A DNA stretch of 64,000 bases, from contig NW_026262669.1 of the NCBI RefSeq assembly GCF_021869535.1, positions 8,804,001 to 8,868,000 of the forward strand. Reading direction: 5' to 3'. Below, one piece after another: positions 26,501 to 35,730 of this stretch (the first letter of the stretch is position 1; each line of letters opens with the position of its first letter). The notes below the pieces were generated by a model. That model searched no databases. It was not told the DNA's origin and saw only the letters and a program-made list of their open reading frames with translations. The position numbers were made by a program, and so were the translations under genes. This DNA comes from Mytilus californianus. Taxonomy: Eukaryota.

Positions 26501-28301
26501 GAAGAATAGTATACTTGTAAATTATCTAACAATTGGACATCTGTCAAATCGACAAAATAATCCCAAAATGCCTTTAGTTTTACGTCTCAAAATTGCTCTG
26601 TACTTTTCTATTTTTGTCCAAATTAAACAATCTCAAGTGATTTTTTCGGGGAAAAATAATTTTTCTAACATAATGCAACTGTTTATAATTATTTCCTTAC
26701 TATCCCTAACAGGGGTCCTGCAAAAATAGGATCAAATTTGAAAAATATGTGTAATGTAGTCATGTTTTACAAACAAACACAATAATGATCTTTTTCAAAA
26801 TTCTTGAAAAAGTCTTTCAGCAAAATACGTTCGTATACATTTATAGCTTAATTTGTTTGTATTTCAGATGACTGAACACGATGAAAAAACCCGAATAAAA
26901 TTGTAACAATTTAGGACTATTAAAATGACCAATAACATTTCAATATCTTTCAAATTATGGTTTGTATAACTTGACTTTTGTTTTTATTCTTAAGGCAAAA
27001 AAAGTAGGAACGATCAAATATCATATTTACCGGTAATTATTTGAAAATGGAACAATATATATTCAAAAACTAATAAAAGAAAAAAAAATGAAAAATAAAA
27101 TATGATTAGCCAAAAAAAAAAAAAAAACACACTATATGTCAATTTGGTGTGTCTTTGGTAATGTTGTATAGTACTTTATTTTGCTTGTTCTCAATTCTAT
27201 TGATCAAATAAACAAACAGTTATAATATTCATACTTAAACCAAGCATTTGTCATATTGTATGTTGCCCAGTTATCCATCTTATGACATAAGGAGTTGTGA
27301 TATGTTTGCCAGTGATACAGCTATCTACCACAAATTTCGTTGTGCTATTTTCAGATCAGTAATTTTTTAGATTTTAGAGTGAATCAGGGTCGTTGTGACT
27401 TAATGCAACAATCTGCTGTAGCCACACTCTGATTTGTATATGGTACAAGTGTTGAAGATAAAAAGTGCTTCTGGTTCCAAAAGTTTAGAAGAACCTGCTT
27501 CTATGGCAGATTATAAATCTAAGCATATGTGGTATATTTGCAATGAGGATACTATTCACCACCAGAGACGTTAACAACTATATTTCACCGTCCTGCTTTC
27601 ACAACGTCACAAACCCATGAAAAGTCACGTAACGTTATCAGCCACCTGTTATTCAATGTCCAATTATATCATGCGGTAAAATAAAGTATAATATTTGTTC
27701 ATAACTGGTGGAAATTCAGTTGTATATTATGATATATAAAACATGTAGATTTGTTTGCGTAAAATGTATTATTTAGGTAAAATCCCGTTTAGAATTGCGT
27801 TCTTTCTTCACACAATTTTCTTTTCATTGCATTGATCTCAATTGAAATTAATGCTCTAAGAGGCCTGAAAAACATTAGATCATAATACGCATTTCAGATT
27901 GCAGAGTTTATATTTCGTCTTATTAATGAACAATACTGACTGCAGTATGAACATTATGTTATTTGATTAAATCTTATTGTTTCACATTGAAAGGGAAAAT
28001 ATGAACATGCAAAGCAAGCATATTTCTGCCCATTAGAACACAGATAGTGTCTCATCCCATGTTCGTTACTAGGTTTTATTTCATATATGCCTGTCTCAGA
28101 ATGTATGTGTTGTCGAAAGTTTTCCTACATCCCTTTTACCTACATGCCCTGCTGTAGTTTTCCTTTACAGAAAGAAAATGTTTAAAGATTCCGGTACATT
28201 GTAGTCATGGCAACCGAATAATCAATGTAAAAACAAACATAAATTAGTTATTTAGAGTTATCTTAGCTACAATTACATACTGATTAATTAAAACAAATAT
28301 A

Positions 28302-28325
28302 CAGTACTCGCAAGGACATACTGAG
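28302..28325 (+). repeat. Left terminal inverted repeat of the Tc1-like element
   Basis: CAGTACTCGCAAGGACATACTGAG, preceded by TA; reverse complement of 34161-34184 with 2 mismatches. Confidence 0.92.
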
Positions 28326-28333
28326 AGACATGA

Positions 28334-28394
28334 CCGACACAGTCTTCGCCCGACATGGGGTTACCGACACAGTGGCCGACACAGTGACCGACAT
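28334..28394 (+). repeat. Subterminal cluster of five CCGACA(CAG/T) motifs in the left arm
   Basis: CCGACACAG at 28334, 28364 and 28376; CCGACAT at 28350 and 28388. Confidence 0.8.
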
Positions 28395-29683
28395 GTCAGG
28401 TTAATTAATCTACCTAACACCTGCGGTGTTTGACCTCTTCACACAACTATTCAAAGTCATAAACGACACCTGATTTTACGTATGGACAGTGATCAGGTCT
28501 TATCAGTTATTTTACCTGTAGCTGTATCTCGATAAGATATTTATAGAAATGTATTCATGGTGTATTTTTGATTTGTAATAATTTATTTTTCAGGTTGAAT
28601 GACAGATTTTACAATCAGCTTCTTTTTTTGTTGATTACCTTTAAAATTTCGTCATAATTATGAAAAGCCTTCGATTACGCTATTCAAAACAGACGAATTA
28701 CTCTCGTGTAAAACCACGTGTCGTGTGATTTAATGGGAATAATATTTAAGTAAATATTTCTTTTCGATTTTAAACTTTTCCCGATTACCTTTTTTTTTTT
28801 CTTTTGAATGAAGATTGCGATGTTCTAAAATATAGCTGACCGATGTTTTTCATTGGTGTTTGTTGTTTTGTTTATCAATTATTATAGAGCAATGTATGGT
28901 GCATGTCCATTTGTTTGATTTACTGTTAATCAATACGCATGTACGTAAAGGCAGCAGACGATTTGTGTACGACCACGTGTCGTGTGATTTTAAAATGGGA
29001 AGTTATTTCTTGTGTTTTTATTTGCCACAAAAAAAAACTAAAGTAGACAGTTCAAGTAGCATATTTGTTGATTTAAAAAATCTGATTTTATGTGTACACC
29101 AAGTTTTTGTAAGAAGGCTACTTTTAAATGACATTTATAACCCGAAAGACGAGATCGTGTGTCTGTTTGGTTTATTATGTAATGAACCACAGGTACTCTG
29201 GTGGGCAGTTGATATAATTATTTTTATCTTTCTTGTTCATTCGTTAAATAAAAAGTATCACAAAAATCGATATTTTATTCATTACTAGAAAAAAAAATGC
29301 AATTAACTATGACCCCCTTTATAGCTATTCATGCCCGTAGATTGAAAAGTCCTTATACGGACATGGATATTAAATTGCTGATAGCTTGATTATTATTGAT
29401 ACCGAAGTTAATATTTTAATACAAATGTACAGGAAATAAAAAAAAAACAAACAAATACCATTTTCGTGTTCTCATCTTACCCCATTCAAAAGAGGATAAA
29501 CTTGATAAAGATAAGTGTTTTTTGTTTTGTTATCAAACTTTCAAGATCAGTTTGTACACTCGAAAATAAATATAAATAATATCCGGACAAATTTAATGAC
29601 AGAAATATGTGATATTTAATTGTACATTGTACATAACATATATTTATCAAGCAGTTTTGTCAATAATCTTCTTTCTATCCTGA

Positions 29684-31460
29684 TTACTTTCGATGAACCG
29701 GTCTTCTTAAAAGCTGATTCACTTTAGAGAGCACTCTTTCATTGAAGGCTTTATCACACATGACTTCTGGGAATACCGTAACTACGTATCTTCTGAGAAA
29801 CTCTCTTTTCTGTCTGTTTAGGGGATTCTTATTTAGTAAAACGTATACATCGTTCTTAGATTGTCGGACGTAAATAGTTCTGGGAACAGAATCGGCATAA
29901 TGTGGCATGCAAAATTTCCTGGTCCTTTAGAGGAGTGGATAGCTCTTGAGAGATCGTTCTCGGAGATCAAAAATTGTTCTGGAATGTCCGAAAATAAACT
30001 GTACGGCACAGTAAGGCTTTGTCTCATCGGCGGGGTTGACATGTTAAATCCAAATGTTGGCGAAAATGTATTTCTTTGCTCAAGTGTTGTAATGTGAGAC
30101 GTTTTAGGAGTTAAAGGTATATCCGGCAAACGTGATGAATGTGATGGTAACGGAGACGGTACGTCACTTTCATTTTCAACAGCATCTATGAGTGACCGAC
30201 GAGCTGTAGAAATTCTTTGTGTATTCTCCGACTCTTGGGGTTGAAGATGCCTAGTCACGAAAGCAAATAACTTTTCGATGGTCTCCTGCTGTTTGAGTAG
30301 CATGCGTTCTAATAGAGATGAACGAGATTGTTAATTTCCACTTGCTTTAAAATTTCTACCAAGTCATTGTCTGATGAAAAGGCTTGTCTTGTCTTTAGAA
30401 CTGGGGATTTGTCCTTTCCATTACACTCCGGCTCAGGTTCGGGTTCCACTTCCTCAATTGGCGATGTTGGTGCTATAAAATGAGGAGGAAGCTCAGGGGA
30501 TGGTGTCGGTGATCTAAATAAATATGGGTCGTTATTCCCATCTCTAATATCTACAAGTGATGCTTCTGGTTTCTGAAAAAAAAATTAAAATATAAATATA
30601 TTATATTAACTGACAACTTACAGATGCAGTTGCATGGGGTATAACTAAAAAAAACTACTTCTAGTGTGGTGACGAAAGTTATTTTGTTACTGTCGTGTGA
30701 CAAATATTACAAAACAGATTCTATTAAATACGTTAAAAAAATACTTTATATTAACTTTTTTTTAAAGAATAAAAATTGTCAATTACTGAGTGTAGAATAT
30801 GAAGTGAACGTTGTTTATTTAAACCAACTAATCAATCGAACTACATGCATGTATTCATAAACAAGTTTTATTTTCTATTTATATTTGATAACATTTGATC
30901 ATATTAAATATGAAGAAGAAAAAAATAATCATATGCAAAATAAACCGAGACAGATTTTAAAATAAAATATATCTAAAAAAATACTTACACTCCGTTCAAC
31001 ATCTTTAGGTTTTGTATTCCGTTTTCTTTTTAATGGCTTTGTCAAAGCAATGGGACTTGGTAAAAAGTAAAATCACAAAAATACTGAACTCCGAGGAAAA
31101 TTCAATCGGAAAGTCCCTAATCACATGGCAAAATCAAATGGCATCACTGACTGGACTTGAAGGTGGTGTCTCAACTGATTCTGTAGATACGTTTGGCGAG
31201 TCCGTTGTTTGCTCTAACTTCTTTTTGCATTCTTGCTCTTTTCTCCTCATGTCAAGCCATTCACCACTTTTTAAAACTGTTGCCTCATCTTTGTCTCCAT
31301 CTTTGTCACCCCAATGAACAAGATATTTCTCACCAATGCGAATACGTCCATCTATGATAATTTTGAATCTTGGACATACATAAAATCTCAAATTTGCATT
31401 TTCATCATCAAACTCGACCAGGAAATGACTTGCTTCTCGAGTCTGAAGTCTTGAAGACAT
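29684..31460 (-). pseudogene. Two-exon BEN-domain (BEND3-like) gene inside the transposon, ~425 aa when reconstructed, disrupted by three lesions
   Basis: Exon 1 is 31460-30989 (MSSRLQTREASHFLVEFDDE...KPKDVERS|GTAAGT) and exon 2 is 30572-29684 (TTTCAG|KPEASLV...RRPVHRK*). The GT-AG intron at 30988-30573 is phase 0/0 and frame-consistent. The C-terminus reads KGPGNFACHIMPILFPELFTSDNLRTMY..KNPLNRQKREFLRRYVVTVFPEV..RVLSKVNQLLRRP, matching the BEN consensus (GNFA..L...LFPELFT.ENLR..Y..K..LD......IR.YV...YP......I....RRP). Lesions: ~79-bp repeat insertion at 31061-31139, frameshift near 30325, frameshift near 29840. Confidence 0.85.
31061..31139 (-). mobile_element. ~79-bp fragment of an abundant host interspersed repeat inserted in exon 1 of the BEN gene
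   Basis: The sequence (ACTCCGAGGAAAATTCAATCGGAAAGTCCCTAATCACATGGCAAAATCAAA) matches the repeat found at 22400, 40095, 60505 and, inverted, 8560. It introduces TGA at 31134-31136; removing it restores the frame SSPVSDA-PSPIALTK. Confidence 0.85.
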
Positions 31461-32261
31461 TTTTCTTAACTGGCGATGTTGTGCGATGGTATAAGTTTTT
31501 TTAATGCGTATATTTTGACACAAACAATTGTCATGGGAATAACTAAAATATTGAATTGACACTTCCGTATAATTGTTTGCACCTTATTACAATGTACAAA
31601 CGTAAATTGTCAAAAGGTTTATTGCCATTTTGATAATCTTGTATCAAAAGCGGAAGGTATTGCATTTGCACTGACACCTTAGGCCATATGTGTGCCATCT
31701 TCGATGTGAGAAAACAACTAGATTAAGAATACACATCAAAAAAATCATCATTTTAATACATTAATCATAATATCTTGTAATGGGAGTAAATTAAATAAAC
31801 CTTAATGAACTTACTAATGCATACAATTGATACATATTTGTCCATAAATATTTTTTTTTATCAGTTTATATTGACCTTAGAATACCTGACCAGCTGTCGT
31901 CACGGTCTATGGATGCACTCAGTATTTATCGTGATCATAAATGGGATAAAACGAGGAAATTGCAATTTTATATTTTCTAAGGGAGGTTTAAAAATAGTTT
32001 TTTTTTCTGAAAAGTCTAGTGCACTTTTTATATAAATGTTAAAAAAAGTTGCATTTTAAAATTTTAAATCAGTAATATGACATTTAAAATTTATTTATTA
32101 GTGTACACATTTGAAGTTTGTTAAATGTCTCGTGTCAGATGATACATTTCCGGTACCCTAAAAATCACGCTGACAATAAATGATCACACAATTATGTCAT
32201 TCAATTTTATTATTTCTATAAAAAACAAATATTTTTTTCTAAAAATTAAATCATTCCGAAA

Positions 32262-33398
32262 ATGCCGAAATTCAAACTAACACATCATGACAATATGAAA
32301 ATTTATTCTCTGTACCAACAAGGATGGCCCGTGCATGCCATATTACGAAAGTTGTCCGCTGATGGTATAGATATTTCTTGGGGATCTGTTAAAAATGTGA
32401 TTATCAAGTACCAACATGGTCGTACTGGATATGAACATTTGTCAAGAAAGAAAATCCCGACATTTAAAAGTATTACAGATGCAGATATTGATTTTGTAAA
32501 ATCTACACTTGATGAAAATCCAACTCAAACATGCAATGACATTATGCGTCGTTTATCAGACAAGGGCACAATTACAAAAAAATCTACCGTTCGAAAAATG
32601 ATAGATTCAGCCGGATACACTGCATCAACACCTCGTTATGGACAAATGACTCGTGAGGCAAATAAATTAAAGAGAGTTGAGTTTTGTAAGCAACTTATAA
32701 CAGTCAATGAACAATTTGACGATATCATATTCACAGATGAGGCAACCGTTCAACTTCACGATAACAAAGTTGTTATATACAGAAGAAAGGATTGCGTTGC
32801 TCCTGTACTGCCGAAGCCAAAGCATCCACTAAAAGTCCACGTTTGGGGAGGCATTAGCCGACGTGGTACCCCTCAAATTTTGATCTTTGAAGGTATTCTA
32901 AAATCCGATTTCTTTGTGAATACTATACTACGACTTGGACTTTTGCCATTTATTAGACAAACTTATCCAGATCAGCACAGATTTCAACAAGACAATGACC
33001 CAAAACATCGTTCCAATCTTAGTAAGAGGTTTATGCAGGAAAACCAAATTAACTGGTGGGATATTTGGCCTTCTGAAAGCCCAGACTTTAATCCAATTGA
33101 AATGGTTTGGAGTATGATGAAGCAGCGGTTAAATAAGAAAAAACTTTCAACTAAGAATGATCTAACCAGTGGAATTAAGGATTTTTGGAAAAATGATTTA
33201 ACTGTTGAACGATGCAACACTTTTATTGACCACAATTTCAAGGTATTACCAGTGGCTGTGTTTATTGGTGGACGTGCAACAGGGGATTTACCGCAAAAGA
33301 TTTTCCCAGAGAGATCAAGGTCGAGGTCATTAAGTTATTTTAATGATCAGTTTGATTTAGAAGAGGTGAAAGAGAGACTTGCAGCAGTGAAATACTGA
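32262..33398 (+). CDS. Tc1-like DDE transposase, 378 aa, DD35E catalytic spacing, apparently intact
   Basis: Uninterrupted ORF with an N-terminal helix-rich (paired/HTH-like) region and Tc1 motifs IIFTDEA (D159), KHPLKVHVWGGIS, FQQDNDPKH (D244) and WPSESPDFNPIEMVW (E280). There are 35 residues between the second D and the E. AATAAA lies at 33422. Confidence 0.95.
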   Translation: MPKFKLTHHDNMKIYSLYQQGWPVHAILRKLSADGIDISWGSVKNVIIKYQHGRTGYEHLSRKKIPTFKSITDADIDFVKSTLDENPTQTCNDIMRRLSDKGTITKKSTVRKMIDSAGYTASTPRYGQMTREANKLKRVEFCKQLITVNEQFDDIIFTDEATVQLHDNKVVIYRRKDCVAPVLPKPKHPLKVHVWGGISRRGTPQILIFEGILKSDFFVNTILRLGLLPFIRQTYPDQHRFQQDNDPKHRSNLSKRFMQENQINWWDIWPSESPDFNPIEMVWSMMKQRLNKKKLSTKNDLTSGIKDFWKNDLTVERCNTFIDHNFKVLPVAVFIGGRATGDLPQKIFPERSRSRSLSYFNDQFDLEEVKERLAAVKY

Positions 33399-34160
33399 TT
33401 TAACAGAAAAACAGAGTCATAAATAAACAGTCCTTTTAAGGACTACCAAATTATTCAAAAAGAGTCTAAAATGTTGTAGTTTGTATGATGAGTGTCTTCA
33501 GATATATATTACTGTAATTCATTCTTTAAGTCATTCTTCTCTATTCCATAACTTTAATTTGTCTTTTCTTTATAACTGAACACCTTACAATATTTGTTTG
33601 GCCCATGTTTCAATATTCTTAATTTCCCCATCTAAACCTATATTTTAGTTCACCAATATTCTCTATTCTTTGTTTTTTGCTAGAACGATTTTCTCTATAC
33701 TTCATTTTTTTTTTGCCTATTATTCTATATTCTGAATATGATATAATTAAATGTGAGCACCCTTCTTCTGTAAAACAATATTAGGTAAAAAAAACAAATA
33801 AACAAAATAGAAATAAAAAGAAATAAAAAGAAATAAAATGAATAGAATTAAACTGAAAAAGCATATATCATGTTAAAAAGCTCAGTTTCTTTATTGAAAT
33901 AATTGAATCATTTATTTTCTTCTTCCCCTTTGGATAATATTTTTAGTACCTGTAAAAGAAGCAAAATTTGAAATTATCAGCTGATAACATATTTGTAAAC
34001 AAGGTTTTATAGTTATCATGGTTATGTAATCTAACAGATTATCATTCATGCTCCTTGATTCAGGTAACCTTAATTATTAAACAGCATGAGATCACACCTG
34101 GTTTTTGTGTCTGTCCTTAAGACTGTCATGTCAGACACAATGTCTCTCAAAGTTATCAAT

Positions 34161-34184
34161 CTCAGTATGTCCTTAAGAGTACTG
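34161..34184 (-). repeat. Right terminal inverted repeat of the Tc1-like element
   Basis: CTCAGTATGTCCTTAAGAGTACTG, followed by TA. Confidence 0.92.
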
Positions 34185-34745
34185 TATATCCCCCAACCCC
34201 TCCCCCCTCACCACAAAAATTAAAAAAAAATACAACATTATGTCAAATTTTAAAACTACAATAGATGAACATACATGTGTAAAATTGAAAAAAAAAGTTT
34301 TAAGAAAAGCCGAAAATAACAAAAATAATCATAGTTCTGTTCTTCTGCAGAATCTAGCAAAATAACTTGTCTGGGTGTTTTGAATTGATGTATACTTCGC
34401 AAAAATGCAAAAAAAAAACTCATTTTGACCCTCGTACCTCAATAGCCTCGAAAACCTCATTAATGGTCAACTAATTCCGCTCCACAATCATCTACGAGCC
34501 CCTCTGCATAGACATGCTCTATCTTCATGGCACATATCAGTTCAAAATATATCCGGTTAAGCGGTGGGAATCTCAGTAAAGTTTGACATAATTAACGAGT
34601 TGAAGGGCAGGGGCATGACCCCAAGCAAAAAAAAAAAAAAACAATTGCGTACGGAAACAGAATTGTTTATAAACGTAAATTATTCATTATTGAGGGATTC
34701 GAAACACTTGCATTTATATTCTACACTAGCAATAACTAAAAAAAT

Positions 34746-34955
34746 GTTTGTTGTGACAGGTATAAACTTCAATCATAACTGTCATTTAAAAAAAAAATGT
34801 TTTGTTGTGACAGGTATAAACTTCAATCATAACTGTCAGTTTAAAAAAAAATATTTTGTTGTGACTGGTATAAACTTCAATCATAACTGTCATTTAAAAA
34901 AAAAAGTTTTGTTGTGACAGGTATAAACTTCAATCATAACTGTCGTTAAAAAAAA
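34746..34955. repeat. ~54-bp tandem repeat, 4 units
   Basis: TTGTGACAGGTATAAACTTCAATCATAACTGTC starts at 34751, 34805, 34859 and 34912. Confidence 0.92.
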
Positions 34956-35264
34956 ATATGTTCAGAAGGACGTCAGGAAAACATGTGATCCAACTTTATA
35001 TAATTCTATAATGTCTTTGATATTATTAACATATAGTTGGCATACGATCTGTTGAATGAATATTATCTGAATTATTTGGAAAATTTAGATACAATCCAGG
35101 TAAACTTATCAATCCTTTAAATAAAATGATTCTAAAAGGTTACTTATTCAGCACTATATTTAAATCTTTGAATATTGTTTTGGTATTATTGGTATAAATA
35201 TTGATTTTGTTGTCATTAAACTAAAACCATAATAAATATAACACATATGTACTTTCACGGTACT

Positions 35265-35730
35265 ACAATCTGTTGATACCTTATAGTTTGGCATTGTGCA
35301 AGTCCATGTTTTTATCTGACTATTACTAACGTCTTTACACTAAATTCATTAGGTGTTGGATGTGTAATGATTGATATTTTAGTCTTAGATATATGACTTT
35401 TGTATTACTTGTTATTTTCTTTGCACTAGCTGTCAGTAACTGCGAGTACTATCAGAAATGTACTTGGTGTCTTTTTGTTGTGGGGATGTATAAGTCCCGT
35501 CCACGTCCACTCTGTATTTCTATTTGTATCCTTCTGATGAGTTAAGCCTTTTTCAACGGATTTTTCAATATTTTTCATGTCGGGGCTTTTTATAGCTGAC
35601 CATTTGGTATGGGTTTTTCTCATTGTCTAAGTCCGTACGGTTGCCTATAATTGCTTACATGCACTTTATTTGAACTTTAGTGGATGATTGTCTCATTGGC
35701 AAACGTTCCATATCTTCTTATTTTTAAATA
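35265..35730. mobile_element. Composite fragment of abundant Mytilus-type interspersed repeats
   Basis: GCACTAGCTGTCAGTAACTGCGAGTACT..CTTCTGATGAGTTAAGCCTTTT..GTCTCATTGGCA..CATATCTTCTTATTTT. The last part recurs at 16395-16522 and, inverted and degenerate, at 4945-5060 and 45365-45480. Confidence 0.55.

Larger units (their letters stand above)
28302..34184 (+). mobile_element. Tc1/mariner-superfamily DNA transposon (5,883 bp) carrying a transposase plus a divergent BEN-domain cargo gene
   Basis: Left end TA|CAGTACTCGCAAGGACATACTGAG (28302-28325) and right end CTCAGTATGTCCTTAAGAGTACTG|TA (34161-34184) are inverted repeats matching at 22/24 positions. Both are flanked by TA (28300-28301, 34185-34186), and the element encloses a DDE transposase ORF. 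Confidence 0.93.

Noticed and set aside
28860-29288. 142-aa plus-strand ORF inside the transposon left arm
   Set aside because: TTG start, low-complexity hydrophobic composition typical of AT-rich noncoding DNA, and no recognisable motif.
31012-31317. 101-aa plus-strand ORF (also 29861-30097, 32935-33117 and 32984-33241)
   Set aside because: These are antisense or alternative-frame shadows of the BEN gene and the transposase.
31461-31562. Upstream extension of ORF 31134-31562 as the BEN gene start
   Set aside because: It begins at a non-ATG codon; the ATG at 31460 (AAGAAAAATGT) starts the domain-like sequence.
34564-34917. 117-aa ORF with 18-aa repeats
   Set aside because: Read-through of the 54-bp tandem repeat with variable A-runs.
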